A DNA stretch of 64,000 nucleotides from Candidatus Kapaibacterium sp. (GCA_017882165.1 JADGPZ010000003.1:878-64877), one strand, 5' to 3'. Counted from the first letter of the stretch, positions 29,210 to 38,921 are shown. A program made the numbers and translations. Notes: generated from the sequence alone by a model not told the origin.

Positions 29210-29321
29210 TAATCGCGCTTCGAATTAAACGGCGGATCGAGATAAATCAGATCGACCGTCTCATCCTTGATGTGCTCTCGCGGAGGATGTGGAGGTTGTC
29301 GCCGAAATAGAGTTTGTTCAT
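29210..29321 (-). pseudogene. N-terminal stub of an N4C/N6A DNA methyltransferase, frameshifted
   Basis: MNKLYFGDNLHILRE-(2-nt insertion)-HIKDETVDLIYLDPPFNSKRDY, including catalytic motif IV DPPF; similarity then ends. Confidence 0.8.
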
Positions 29322-29342
29322 TCCTCACATTGAACGCAGTTT

Positions 29343-29441
29343 CCCGTATGTCATTCCCGCGAACGCGGGAATCCAGGCCCACCCGAACGTGGTCCTATCC
29401 CGAGAACATGGATCCCCGCGTTCGCGGGGATGACATACGGG
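29343..29441. repeat. Inverted pair of dRS3/RPE-like palindromes
   Basis: CCCGTATGTCATTCCCGCGAACGCGGGAATCCA ... TGGATCCCCGCGTTCGCGGGGATGACATACGGG. Confidence 0.75.
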
Positions 29442-29579
29442 CGGGATGGTGCCTGTCATCAGGCGTGCAATTTACGAAGAAATTGGCCCGAGGCACGCCG
29501 TCCGTTCAGAAAACTGAAACTCTCTCTGGCGCACACTGTTTACGGTGCGCACGATTAACCCAATTTTTTTCAGAGACTC

Positions 29580-29675
29580 ATGCCAAGCGGAAAGAAGCGT
29601 AAGCGCCATAAAATGGCCACCCACAAACGAAAGAAACGTCTTCGTAAGAATCGTCATAAGAAGCGTATTCGTTAG
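29580..29675 (+). CDS. 30S ribosomal protein bS22 (AURKAIP1/COX24/DUF1713-like)
   Basis: MPSGKKRKRHKMATHKRKKRLRKNRHKKRIR*, 31 aa; below the ORF-track cutoff; matches the Bacteroidota bS22 pattern. Confidence 0.9.
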   Translation: MPSGKKRKRHKMATHKRKKRLRKNRHKKRIR

Positions 29676-29755
29676 TCGGCGATAACCACCCCCCATCGTA
29701 GGCGATGGCCCCCGCCTTGAAAAGGCGGGGGAGTTAGTGCCGGGGTAAACAAGTT

Positions 29756-29795
29756 AAGCCTCATGCAGCCATGCGCTGCGTGAGGCTTTCGTTTT
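29756..29795 (+). terminator. Probable intrinsic terminator after bS22
   Basis: AAGCCTCAtGCAGC-loop-GCTGCgTGAGGCTT followed by TCGTTTT. Confidence 0.55.
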
Positions 29796-29928
29796 GCTTA
29801 GAGGAAGCTTTAGTGTCTGCCCGTAAGTCATTGCAGGAATGACTTTAAACAGCCGAAGCAATCTCCTTTGAAAGAGATTGCTTCGCTTTGCTCACAATGA
29901 AAGAGTCGATTGACGACTCGCCTGGAGT

Positions 29929-31941
29929 CTACCGGTTGCCCATGTTATCATCCTCGAACGGACGCCTCGGGCTGCGACGCGCGGGACCTTGTGTAGGCCG
30001 CACGTTGGTCGAATAAACGACTTGTCCCCGGACACCCTTCTGCGGCACTCCGCTTGTCGGTGGCTGGCGATCCTCCCTCGGCGGACCTTGCTCACCGCCC
30101 TGCGGTCGTCCTCTTGACGGTCCACCTTGCGGTCTGCCGCCTCCGCCACCGTATGATCTGCCACCACCGTAGCCTCCTCCTTGCTGGCCGCCGCCATAGC
30201 CACCGCCTTGACCGCCACGCTGCGGCGGACGTCCTCCTCCACGGCCATACCCGCCTCCCGATGGACGCGGCGCGTAGCCACCACCAACCGGACGGTCATA
30301 ATTGCCACCGCCTTCTGGCGGCTTCTGATAGCTGCCGCCTGGCGTCGGACGCTCATAGCTGCCCCCTGAAGGACGCGGAGCATAGCCACCGCCTGCCGGT
30401 CGCCCATAGCCTCCACCACCCGCCGGTCGATCGTAGCCTCCACCTGCTGGACGACCGTAACCTCCCTGACGCGGCGGTCTGCCCTGTCCGGGACCGCCTT
30501 GCGGCTGCCATCCACCTGCGGCTTGGCGTCCGCGCTGAGGCGGGCCGCCTCTGTAGCCACCCTGCCGTTGACCAGATTGCCCACCTTGTCTCGGGCCGCG
30601 CGGTGCTGGCCCGCTCCCCGGTTCGCGCCGGCGAATGCCGCCCGGCCCTGCTTCTCCGATAAATTTCCGCTCCTGTGGTTTCCCACCACGCTTGAACGGT
30701 TTGCGCTCGCCCTTCGGAATCATGACGCGCTTGCCTTTGGCGGCATCGAAACGCTTGCTGTTTCCTTTGCGCTGCGGCTTCTGACGTGGCTTGCGCGCCT
30801 TCCGTGCCGGAGGCACGGTTGCGCCCCATGCTTCTTCTTCCAATCGAGCCTGCTCGCGTACGGGCGCGGCGATGAACTGAAACGTATCCGCGCCGATAAT
30901 CTTGTCGGCGATAGCTTTGCCACTCCAGAATGCGGAGGCGATCGAACTTTGTCCGGCGACGAAATCACCTGCGAGATACAGCGGCGATTTGAACTCGTCC
31001 TGCTTGATCGTATCGACCGTGAATGGCGAGGACGAAAGGAATGCGGCCGGCCAACGCTGGATCTCGCCATAGACCACGTCCGGCAGCGCCACGTCGAGGA
31101 CGTCCTCAAAGACGCGCTCGATTGCGGCGAAGGTCTCCTTGTCGGACTTCAGCACATACTCGCGGCTGATGTCGGCGCCAAGTTGCAGCACAAACGCCAT
31201 CTCATTCTTGCGCTGTCCAAGCTTGCGGCGCTCGCCTTCCTGCGAGAGCCAGAAGACCGGCGCCGTAACATCGTCGGTGAAAAGCGCCGAGAAGTGATCT
31301 TTGAATTTGATCTTCGTCGTTCCAAACATCGCGCCGATCATCGGCTCGTAGTTCACCTCGTTGAGGAGGTCGCAAATGCGCTTGACTTTCTTGTTCTTGT
31401 CTGCATGTGGCAGCAATAACGCAAGCACATAAGGCGCGGGCATTGCGATGACCACGCCATCCGATGGCATGGCCTCGCCGCGCTGATTGCGGAGCGTATA
31501 ACCTTTGTCCTCGAAGACGAGATCGCTGATGCGCGTGTGTGTCCGCACGGGGATGTCCTTGACGAGGGCATCGGCCAGGACCTTGAAGCCGCCATCGAGA
31601 TAATTCCAATTCGGCACCTCGACCTGCTGCGCGGATGCGATGGACCGGCCATCGAAGCGATAGACTGGACCGGGAAATGGCAGTAAGTGTTCGAGCACGC
31701 CGCGCTCTTCGCAGACGGCACGGAGCAACGCGCGGGCGTCGGTCTCGAGTTGGTTCACGCTGAGCGGCGAAAGGTCAAGCCGTTGCGTGCCGGAGTCCAT
31801 TGTCCGGTATCCGACATTGCGTGTGGACGCACGCCCGCCAAGTCCGCGCGACCACTCGAGGACGGTCACGTCCTTGCCGGCGCGGTGGAGAAAATATGCG
31901 GCGGACAGACCGGCAAAGCCTCCGCCAATAACGGTAATCAT
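29929..31941 (-). CDS. Renalase-like FAD/NAD(P) oxidoreductase with a long Gly/Arg/Tyr low-complexity C-terminal tail
   Basis: VIGGGFAGL, GLGGRASTR, D.GTQ, QRW and LYLAGDF, followed by about 300 aa of basic and GGY/RP/RGG repeats. Start at ATG 31941. Confidence 0.85.
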   Translation of the reverse strand: MITVIGGGFAGLSAAYFLHRAGKDVTVLEWSRGLGGRASTRNVGYRTMDSGTQRLDLSPLSVNQLETDARALLRAVCEERGVLEHLLPFPGPVYRFDGRSIASAQQVEVPNWNYLDGGFKVLADALVKDIPVRTHTRISDLVFEDKGYTLRNQRGEAMPSDGVVIAMPAPYVLALLLPHADKNKKVKRICDLLNEVNYEPMIGAMFGTTKIKFKDHFSALFTDDVTAPVFWLSQEGERRKLGQRKNEMAFVLQLGADISREYVLKSDKETFAAIERVFEDVLDVALPDVVYGEIQRWPAAFLSSSPFTVDTIKQDEFKSPLYLAGDFVAGQSSIASAFWSGKAIADKIIGADTFQFIAAPVREQARLEEEAWGATVPPARKARKPRQKPQRKGNSKRFDAAKGKRVMIPKGERKPFKRGGKPQERKFIGEAGPGGIRRREPGSGPAPRGPRQGGQSGQRQGGYRGGPPQRGRQAAGGWQPQGGPGQGRPPRQGGYGRPAGGGYDRPAGGGGYGRPAGGGYAPRPSGGSYERPTPGGSYQKPPEGGGNYDRPVGGGYAPRPSGGGYGRGGGRPPQRGGQGGGYGGGQQGGGYGGGRSYGGGGGRPQGGPSRGRPQGGEQGPPREDRQPPTSGVPQKGVRGQVVYSTNVRPTQGPARRSPRRPFEDDNMGNR

Positions 31942-31999
31942 AATCTGGTGATGCTTCGTGTGTGGCTCGTTTCTTAGGCGAGCTGTGAGTTTCTGAATC

Positions 32000-32035
32000 A
32001 AAAAAAGGGACCACCCCAAAGCGAGGTGCGGGTCC
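32000..32035 (-). terminator. Intrinsic terminator downstream of rpmD and upstream of the renalase-like gene
   Basis: Minus strand GGACCcgCACCTCgcttTGGGGTGGTCCC-TTTTTTT. Confidence 0.7.
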
Positions 32036-32334
32036 ACAAGAACAAATTTATTGCGCGCAGCGCTGAGCCGCCACGACCGTTCCAGTATGTATTGTCAGTT
32101 GAACTTTCTCCCGTGGGAGAAAAAAGAGCACGCGGGAAGCCAATCCGGTTCAGTGAGAGTCTTCCACTTTTTCAAACCAACCAGCCCGCCTAAACCATGC
32201 TCGTGGCGCGACCGGCAAAACTTCCTTCTACAATCCTCTCCGAGAGGACTTTCAACTGTTATGGAATCGCATCCTCCTGTGAGGAGTTCCAGCCGAGTGG
32301 TACGAAGACAGCGAAAGAATGATGAATTCCGAGG

Positions 32335-32526
32335 CTACTTGGCCTCTTCCACGACCACCAGATGCTGGACGGCCCGGATCATGCCTCGAATGGCAGGCGT
32401 GTCGTTGTGAACGGCAACGTAGTGAGGACGTCCGAGACCGAGCGCCTTGATCGTGCGCTTATGCTGCTCGAGCGTGTCGCACGTGGAGCGCGTTTGCCGG
32501 ATGAGAATCTTCTTTGTCGGTGCCAT
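32335..32526 (-). CDS. rpmD: 50S ribosomal protein L30
   Basis: TIKALGL.R......DTPAIRGMI..V.HLV. Confidence 0.95.
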   Translation of the reverse strand: MAPTKKILIRQTRSTCDTLEQHKRTIKALGLGRPHYVAVHNDTPAIRGMIRAVQHLVVVEEAK

Positions 32527-32576
32527 GATTAACCACCCCCTGCCCCCTCCTTCGAAAGGAGGGGGTAATGATAATA

Positions 32577-33080
32577 TTACCCGTTAAAAACTTTTGTCAG
32601 CGAAACGCCGCGTCGTTCGGAAACCATCGACGCATCGTTCAGCGATTCCAATGCCGCCATCGTCGCTTTCACAAGGTTGTGCGGATTCGATGAACCTTGC
32701 GATTTTGTCAGAATGTCCTGGACGCCTGCGAGTTCGAGTACTGCTCGAACACCACCGCCGGCAATCAGCCCCGTTCCGGGCGAAGCCGGCTTCAGCATAA
32801 CCTTGCCGGCGCCAAATTTGCCTAACGTCATGTGCGGGATCGTACCCCGGCGAAGTGGCACGGAGCGAACATTGCGCTTCGCGTCTTCCGTCGCCTTGGA
32901 CACAGCATCGGCTACTTCGTTCGACTTGCCAAGACCAATACCGACATGCCCCTGACCATCGCCAACGGCGACGATCGCATTGAAGCTAAACCGGCGTCCA
33001 CCTTTGACAACCTTCGCAACGCGATTGACCGCGACGAGCTTGTCCTTGAGATTGAGTTCCGCTGAGCGAATTTTTGACAC
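32577..33080 (-). CDS. rpsE: 30S ribosomal protein S5
   Basis: [15 protein letters not shown]; [14 protein letters not shown]. Confidence 0.98.
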   Translation of the reverse strand: MSKIRSAELNLKDKLVAVNRVAKVVKGGRRFSFNAIVAVGDGQGHVGIGLGKSNEVADAVSKATEDAKRNVRSVPLRRGTIPHMTLGKFGAGKVMLKPASPGTGLIAGGGVRAVLELAGVQDILTKSQGSSNPHNLVKATMAALESLNDASMVSERRGVSLTKVFNG

Positions 33081-33096
33081 GCTGTATTCCTACAAA

Positions 33097-33453
33097 TTAA
33101 AACACCAGTCCGCCTTCACGCGCGCCATCGGCGAGCGCTTTGACGCGACCATGATAGAGATACCCATTGCGGTCGAACACCGCCGACGTAATGCCCTTTT
33201 CCACTGCGGCCTGCGCGAGGACCTTACCGGTCTGCTTCGCAAGCTCCGTTTTGGGACCCTTGAGTCCCTTGCTGCTTGCGGCCGCAACCGTGAATCCCTG
33301 CGCATCATCAATGAGTTGCGCGTAGACGCCGGTGTTGCTCCGGAAGATGACCAGACGCGGCCGCTCGGCCGTACCCTGGATCTTGTTGTGGATCGTGTGC
33401 CTGCGCCGCTCGCGTCGGCGAGCCTTGGCCTGCAAATGAAGTTTCGATGCCAT
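33097..33453 (-). CDS. rplR: 50S ribosomal protein L18
   Basis: [12 protein letters not shown]; [24 protein letters not shown]. Confidence 0.98.
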   Translation of the reverse strand: MASKLHLQAKARRRERRRHTIHNKIQGTAERPRLVIFRSNTGVYAQLIDDAQGFTVAAASSKGLKGPKTELAKQTGKVLAQAAVEKGITSAVFDRNGYLYHGRVKALADGAREGGLVF

Positions 33454-33478
33454 TGCTGTTCCTGCTTAGCTTCTTATC

Positions 33479-34018
33479 TTACTTTCCTGCGGTCTTACCG
33501 GCCTTGCGAATGATCTTCTCGCCCGCATACTTCACGCCCTTGCCCTTGTAGGGTTCTGGCGGACGCATCGAGCGGATCTTCGCGGCCACGGCTCCGACCA
33601 ATTGCTTGTCGATACCCGAAACGGTAATCTGAGTCGGCGCGGGAACATCGACCGTGATCTCATCCGGGACCACAAGCACGATGGGGTGCGAATACCCGAG
33701 CGCGAACTGCACCCATTTTCCCTTCTTCTCAGCCTTGTAACCAACGCCGACAAGTTCAAGCTTCTTTTGGAAGCCCGTCGTCACGCCTTCGACCATGTTG
33801 TTCGCAAGCGCGCGCGAAAGCCCATGCAGCGCGCGAACGCGGCGATCCTCGCTCGATCGCGTGAACGTAAGCTGGTCCTGCTCGATATGCGCGGTCACGA
33901 CTTCCGGCAGCCGCTGCGATAGCTGGCCCTTCGGTCCCTTGACCTGAAGCTCGCCTTTGACATCGACCACGGTTACACCTTTCGGGATCGTGATTACTTT
34001 TCTTCCTATTCTCGACAT
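33479..34018 (-). CDS. rplF: 50S ribosomal protein L6
   Basis: MSRIG; PEPYKGKG. Confidence 0.98.
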   Translation of the reverse strand: MSRIGRKVITIPKGVTVVDVKGELQVKGPKGQLSQRLPEVVTAHIEQDQLTFTRSSEDRRVRALHGLSRALANNMVEGVTTGFQKKLELVGVGYKAEKKGKWVQFALGYSHPIVLVVPDEITVDVPAPTQITVSGIDKQLVGAVAAKIRSMRPPEPYKGKGVKYAGEKIIRKAGKTAGK

Positions 34019-34116
34019 AATCTTCTTTTTTCGCTTACGCTAATCCGAAATCGGACGCTGCAGCATTTTTTTAGATTTCATAAATTCTATAGAATCTATA
34101 GAATAATCAAAACCTT

Positions 34117-34503
34117 TTACCAAACGTAACAAAGCACTTCGCCGCCGACATTCGCCTGACGGGCTTGCTTATCGGTCATGAGGCCTTTCGGCGTCGAAAG
34201 GATCGCGATCCCAAGCCCGGAGAGCACACGCGGTGTCTCCGTTGCTTTCGTATACCGTCGAAGTCCCGGCGTCGAAATACGCTTGAGACCCATGATCGCC
34301 GGCTGCCCGTTCGTGTACTTCAGCGTCACGCGGAGCATCCCCTGTTTCGTATCCTCGATCCGCTCGATCGAGTCGATATAGCCTTGCTCGCGCATGATCT
34401 CGGCCATCGCAAATTTCAGGTTCGAAGCCGGCACATCGACATACTTATGCCGCGCGCCCAGCGCGTTGCGCACTCGGGTCAAAAAATCGCCAATCGTATC
34501 CAT
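34117..34503 (-). CDS. rpsH: 30S ribosomal protein S8
   Basis: [12 protein letters not shown]; ISTPGLRRY; GGEVLCYVW. Confidence 0.98.
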   Translation of the reverse strand: MDTIGDFLTRVRNALGARHKYVDVPASNLKFAMAEIMREQGYIDSIERIEDTKQGMLRVTLKYTNGQPAIMGLKRISTPGLRRYTKATETPRVLSGLGIAILSTPKGLMTDKQARQANVGGEVLCYVW

Positions 34504-34551
34504 CAAGAATTCAAAATAATCAAAATGTCCAGCTCCGCTCGTGCGACGCTA

Positions 34552-34737
34552 TTACCAGCTCGACTTCCGTACGCCGGGTATCTTTCCCTCTAATGCCAGC
34601 TCCCGAAAACAGAGCCGACAGATCCCGAACTTCCGGTAGTACGCGCGTGACCGCCCACAGCGGTTGCATCGGTTGTGCACGCGTGTCGCAAACTTCGGTT
34701 TGCGCTTCGCTTTGACTCTCAGGGCTAATCGTGCCAT
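34552..34737 (-). CDS. rpsN: 30S ribosomal protein S14, Zn-binding type Z
   Basis: 61 aa; RCNRCGR...GICRLCFRE; PGVRKSSW. Confidence 0.97.
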   Translation of the reverse strand: MARLALRVKAKRKPKFATRVHNRCNRCGRSRAYYRKFGICRLCFRELALEGKIPGVRKSSW

Positions 34738-34782
34738 CTCTGAAGTGCTAAAGTGCTATTCTTAGTACGAAACTGCTGGTGT

Positions 34783-35505
34783 TTAGGCCGTTTCCGTTTC
34801 GCGCTTGCGGAACGGCAGACCAAACGCTTTCAAAAGTTCGAGCGCTTCCTCGTCCGTGCGGGCGCTGGTCGCGAACGTAATGTCCATTCCCGTGATCTTC
34901 GAAACCTTATCGACATCGATTTCCGGGAAGATAATCTGCTCGCGAATGCCGAGCGTGTAGTTGCCACGGCCGTCGAACGACTTATCCGGAATACCGCGGA
35001 AATCGCGGATACGCGGGATGGCCGTCGTCATGAGCCGATCCAAAAACTCGTACATGCGCGCCCGGCGCAGTGTGACGCGGCATCCAATCGCCTGGTTCTC
35101 GCGAAGCTTGAAGTTCGAAATCGACTTTTTCGACTTGGTGATCGCGGGCTTCTGACCTGTGACGGCTTCAAGATCGCGGACGGCTGCCTCGAGCAACTTC
35201 GGATCGCTCGCAGCGGCGCCGACGCCGATATTGATTGCGATCTTATCGATGCGTGGTACTTGATTCACATTTTCGTAACCGAATCGCTTCATCAGCGACG
35301 GTACGACATCGCTGCGATATTTCAGCAGTAACCGTGCGGGCGGAATGGGGCGATCCTTCGCCTGGAACGCCTCGGCATGTGGTTCGCCGCGGCCACCAGA
35401 CTTTTTGTCGCCCTTCCCCTTACCCTCGCCCTTCGGCGTCTTGGGTTTTCCTTCACCGGCTGCCGGAGCGGCCTTCGGTTGTTTCTTTGCTTTCTCTTCT
35501 GCCAT
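34783..35505 (-). CDS. rplE: 50S ribosomal protein L5 with an N-terminal Lys/Gly-rich extension
   Basis: ISNFKLRE...IGCRVTLR; PRIRDFRG; QIIFPEI. Confidence 0.98.
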   Translation of the reverse strand: MAEEKAKKQPKAAPAAGEGKPKTPKGEGKGKGDKKSGGRGEPHAEAFQAKDRPIPPARLLLKYRSDVVPSLMKRFGYENVNQVPRIDKIAINIGVGAAASDPKLLEAAVRDLEAVTGQKPAITKSKKSISNFKLRENQAIGCRVTLRRARMYEFLDRLMTTAIPRIRDFRGIPDKSFDGRGNYTLGIREQIIFPEIDVDKVSKITGMDITFATSARTDEEALELLKAFGLPFRKRETETA

Positions 35506-35552
35506 TTTTTCTTGTCCTAAGCAACGATATTGGCCGTTGCTCCTAAGCTTAG

Positions 35553-35876
35553 TTATGCGAGCACGTCCCCGGAGCGCTTCGAGAAGCGCTCGAACCGGAC
35601 CTTGCCCTCTGTGCCGATGAGTTCGCGCTTGCCGATGCGCGTCCGAAGATTCGTCTTCGGATCGACGAGCATCACGTTCGATGCATCGATCGGAGCTTCG
35701 CGGACGGTGATGCCGCCCTTCTGGTTCTTCTGCGACGGACGCTCGTGCTTGTGCTGCGTGTTCACACCCTCGACGAGCACTTTGTTCGTCTCGGGGTAAA
35801 CCCGAAGTACCTTACCATGCTTGCCACGGCTCTTGCCCGTGATCACTTCGACGATATCGTTCTTCTTGACTCTCAT
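35553..35876 (-). CDS. rplX: 50S ribosomal protein L24
   Basis: KOW motif [18 protein letters not shown]; EAPI..SNVML. Start at ATG 35876 (track TTG 35882). Confidence 0.97.
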   Translation of the reverse strand: MRVKKNDIVEVITGKSRGKHGKVLRVYPETNKVLVEGVNTQHKHERPSQKNQKGGITVREAPIDASNVMLVDPKTNLRTRIGKRELIGTEGKVRFERFSKRSGDVLA

Positions 35877-35878
35877 GT

Positions 35879-36247
35879 TCAAATTACCTCCGGCGCCAGC
35901 GAAACGATTTTCATATATTGCCGCTCGCGAAGCTCGCGGGCGACCGGTCCGAAGATGCGCGTGCCACGCGGCTCGCCCTGGGCGTTGAGCAATACGACCG
36001 CGTTCTCGTCGAACCGGATGAAACTGCCGTCTTTCCGGCCGTACTCCTTTTTCGTCCGCACGATGACCGCCTTCGAAACTTCGCCCTTCTTCACCTGCCC
36101 ATTCGGAATCGCCGACTTGACGCTGACGACGACCACGTCGCCCAGACCGGCATAGCGCCGGTCATGCCCGCCCAGAATGCGGATGCAACGCACCTTCTTG
36201 GCGCCCGAATTATCGGCTACGATTAAGTTCGTTTCTTCCTGTACCAT
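35879..36247 (-). CDS. rplN: 50S ribosomal protein L14
   Basis: VADNSGAK; [13 protein letters not shown]; SLAPEV. Confidence 0.99.
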   Translation of the reverse strand: MVQEETNLIVADNSGAKKVRCIRILGGHDRRYAGLGDVVVVSVKSAIPNGQVKKGEVSKAVIVRTKKEYGRKDGSFIRFDENAVVLLNAQGEPRGTRIFGPVARELRERQYMKIVSLAPEVI

Positions 36248-36285
36248 AACTACTCCAGTATCTCTCCCAAACAGAGAGGGATGTG

Positions 36286-36576
36286 CTACTTCGCTCGTTC
36301 CAAAACTTCTACAACGCGCCAGCGCTTCGTCTTCGAGAGCGGGCGAGTCTCCATGATGCGGACCGTGTCACCGGTCTTGGCATCGCTATTCTCGTCGTGC
36401 GCGACAAATGTCGTCGTCTTCTTAAAGTACTTCTTGTACAGCGGATGCGGCACCTGACGCACAAGGCTCACGATGACGGTCTTCTGCATTTTATCGCTGA
36501 CGACCTTCCCGACGCGCTCCTTGCGATGTCCGCGCACCACTGCGCTCACTTGTTCGCTCGTTTGATTCTCTGGCAT
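36286..36576 (-). CDS. rpsQ: 30S ribosomal protein S17
   Basis: [11 protein letters not shown]; HPLYKK; [11 protein letters not shown]. Confidence 0.98.
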   Translation of the reverse strand: MPENQTSEQVSAVVRGHRKERVGKVVSDKMQKTVIVSLVRQVPHPLYKKYFKKTTTFVAHDENSDAKTGDTVRIMETRPLSKTKRWRVVEVLERAK

Positions 36577-36584
36577 GATAAAAA

Positions 36585-36791
36585 TTATTTCGCCAATGGC
36601 TTGCGATCCCGGAGCGACGTTTCCATCCGCGCGATGTCGCGGCGAAGCGTGCGGAACTGCGCGTGATTGTCAAGCTGTCCGATCGTCTTCTGGAATGTAA
36701 GCGAGGTCATTCGCGAGCGTGTATCCGCGATTTGCTTCAACACCTCTGCTTCGCTCAAATTCGCAAGCTCTGCGTATTTCGTACCCTTCAT
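36585..36791 (-). CDS. rpmC: 50S ribosomal protein L29
   Basis: L.FQ..IGQL.N.......RRDIAR..T; position in the S10 operon. Confidence 0.95.
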   Translation of the reverse strand: MKGTKYAELANLSEAEVLKQIADTRSRMTSLTFQKTIGQLDNHAQFRTLRRDIARMETSLRDRKPLAK

Positions 36792-36801
36792 TGCTTCCCC
36801 T

Positions 36802-37221
36802 TTACTCTACGTAATCCGGCCGAACGACGACCTTTGTCTTCACCGGAAGCTTGTGCCCCGCAAGTCGAAATGCTTCCTCGGCAAGCTCTTTTGTAATGCC
36901 GCCGATCTCGAACATGATGCGCCCCGGCCGGATGACCGCGACCCAAAATTCAGGAGATCCCTTGCCAGATCCCATACGGGTCTCTGCGGGCTTCTTCGTC
37001 ACCGGCTTGTCCGGAAAGATCCGAATCCAAATTTTTCCGTCGCGCTTCATCGTACGCGAAAGCGTGACGCGAACAGCTTCGATCTGGCGGCTCGTGATCC
37101 AGCCTGACTCCAACGCCTTGAGGCCGAAGGAGCCGAATGCGAACTGCGTACCGCGAGTCTCGTTACCCGAGACTTTGCCGCGCATCGCTTTGCGATATTT
37201 TACTCTCTTTGGAAGAAGCAT
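36802..37221 (-). CDS. rplP: 50S ribosomal protein L16
   Basis: [11 protein letters not shown]; [20 protein letters not shown]. Confidence 0.99.
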   Translation of the reverse strand: MLLPKRVKYRKAMRGKVSGNETRGTQFAFGSFGLKALESGWITSRQIEAVRVTLSRTMKRDGKIWIRIFPDKPVTKKPAETRMGSGKGSPEFWVAVIRPGRIMFEIGGITKELAEEAFRLAGHKLPVKTKVVVRPDYVE

Positions 37222-37245
37222 CTTCTTCTATTGCTACTCTTCTAA

Positions 37246-38157
37246 TTATTCAGCCGCTGTTTGTGTCCGGGTCCGAAGCGTCGGCTTTGGGCCATCGCTT
37301 CCCGATGCGCTACGCCCGGCTCCATCGTGTGATCCGCCGCGAGCACCGCCGCGCGTCCTTGGACCCCGATCTCCCGTGCCGCGATCGCCTCCACCTTCGC
37401 CCGAATCATCGCCGCGTCCACGTCCACCGCGACGGCGGCGTTCGCCACCGGCTGCGGAAACGATCGGACGTTTGTCCTTCTGCTCGACACCGTTTACGGC
37501 GGTTTCGGCGGCGATCTGGAGTGGCGTCTGACCGATGATGTCACCGTGGCAAACCCAAACCTTCACGCCAATCGAACCATACACCGTATGCGCTGTCGAA
37601 CGTGCAAAATCTATGTCGGCGCGGAGCGTGTGCAGCGGGATACGTCCCTCTTTATACTGCTCGCTTCTCGCGATTTCCGCACCACCAAGTCGTCCGCCGC
37701 ACATGACGCGAATGCCCTCGGCACCGGCGCGCATCGCAGCCGAAATGGAGCCCTTCATGGCGCGGCGGAAGGAAATGCGCCCCTCAAGTTGCTGCGCGAT
37801 CTGATCGGCAACAAGTTGAGCATCCGTCTCCGGCCGTTTCACTTCGTTGATAAGGATCTTCACTTCCTTACCACCCGTAATATTCTTTAGCTCCTCTTCA
37901 AGCTGCGCGATCTCTTTGCCGCTCTTGCCGATCACGACACCCGGTCGTGAGGTATGGATGGTCAGCACGACGCGCTTCGTCGTGCGGTCGAGCGTAAGCT
38001 TCGAAATTCCGGCGCGTTTCAGACGGTTCTTTACGTAAGATCGAATGAGGTTATCCTCTTCGAGCTTCTGCGCGAAATTCTTGTCGTCGTACCAGCGCGC
38101 GTCCCACGGTCTGGTTACCGCGACTCTGAAGCCAATGGGGTGTGTTTTTTGTCCCAA
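37246..38157 (-). CDS. rpsC: 30S ribosomal protein S3 with a Gly/Arg-rich C-terminal tail
   Basis: MGQKTHPIGFR; GRLGGAEIAR; PLHTLRADID. Confidence 0.98.
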   Translation of the reverse strand: MGQKTHPIGFRVAVTRPWDARWYDDKNFAQKLEEDNLIRSYVKNRLKRAGISKLTLDRTTKRVVLTIHTSRPGVVIGKSGKEIAQLEEELKNITGGKEVKILINEVKRPETDAQLVADQIAQQLEGRISFRRAMKGSISAAMRAGAEGIRVMCGGRLGGAEIARSEQYKEGRIPLHTLRADIDFARSTAHTVYGSIGVKVWVCHGDIIGQTPLQIAAETAVNGVEQKDKRPIVSAAGGERRRRGGRGRGDDSGEGGGDRGTGDRGPRTRGGARGGSHDGAGRSASGSDGPKPTLRTRTQTAAE

Positions 38158-38175
38158 ATTATCTTCCTATCGTCT

Positions 38176-38628
38176 TTAACTTGCCGTAGTTGGTGTTGCT
38201 GCCGCCGGAGTCGCAATGGCTTTCGGCGTCGCAGCTCCTTCTTTCTTACTTCCTCGCACAGGCTTGCGCGATGCCCGCAGCCCAAGTTCATCGCTGACGA
38301 CGATCCTGAGATGATTCGAGCGCTTTCGCACCCGGAAGGCACGACCCATCGGCGCCGGAAGCACACGCTTGAGCATCGCTCCGCCATCGGCGGAACACTC
38401 GCGCACATACAATTCCTCGACATCGAACCGCGAATTCTCGGGGTCCATCTGAAAATTCGAGATCGCGCTGCGAAGCGTCTTCTCGGCCACGACCGATGCG
38501 TGGTTCGGCGTGAAGTGGAGGATCGAAAGAGCCTCCGGCACCCGCTTGCCTCGGATCTGATCGAGCACGATCCGCATCTTCCGCGGTGAGCTCTGAATGT
38601 TACGCTTAATTGCGTGCGCTTGCTTCAT
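38176..38628 (-). CDS. rplV: 50S ribosomal protein L22
   Basis: SPRKMR.V.D.IRG; KRVLPAPMGRA..VRKR. Confidence 0.98.
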   Translation of the reverse strand: MKQAHAIKRNIQSSPRKMRIVLDQIRGKRVPEALSILHFTPNHASVVAEKTLRSAISNFQMDPENSRFDVEELYVRECSADGGAMLKRVLPAPMGRAFRVRKRSNHLRIVVSDELGLRASRKPVRGSKKEGAATPKAIATPAAATPTTAS

Positions 38629-38633
38629 TATAC

Positions 38634-38915
38634 TTATTTCGTCGCTACTTCGGTCTTCGTTCCTGAGTGTCCACGGAAGGTCCGCGTTGGCGAAAACTCG
38701 CCGAGCTTGTGTCCCACCATGTTCTCCGTCACATAGACCGGAATGAACTTGTTACCATTGTGGACCGTGAAGGTGTGACCGACAAAATCCGGCGAGATCG
38801 TTGAGGATCGCGACCAGGTCTTCACCACTTTCTTCTGACGAGCAGCATTGAGCGTCTCCACTTTTCGGAGCAGCTTCTCGTCAATGAACGGTCCTTTTTT
38901 CAGCGAACGTGACAT
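38634..38915 (-). CDS. rpsS: 30S ribosomal protein S19
   Basis: [10 protein letters not shown]; [13 protein letters not shown]. Confidence 0.99.
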   Translation of the reverse strand: MSRSLKKGPFIDEKLLRKVETLNAARQKKVVKTWSRSSTISPDFVGHTFTVHNGNKFIPVYVTENMVGHKLGEFSPTRTFRGHSGTKTEVATK

Positions 38916-38921
38916 ACTTTT

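Noticed and set aside
30150-30560. Tandem GCCACC/TAGCC repeats as a CRISPR array or VNTR
   Set aside because: They are codons of the Gly/Tyr/Pro repeats in the renalase tail; there is no constant repeat with unique spacers.
32000-32060. T-box riboswitch before the renalase-like gene
   Set aside because: GTGGACCCGC only loosely resembles UGGNACC, no specifier stem is visible, and the downstream gene is unrelated to amino-acid supply.
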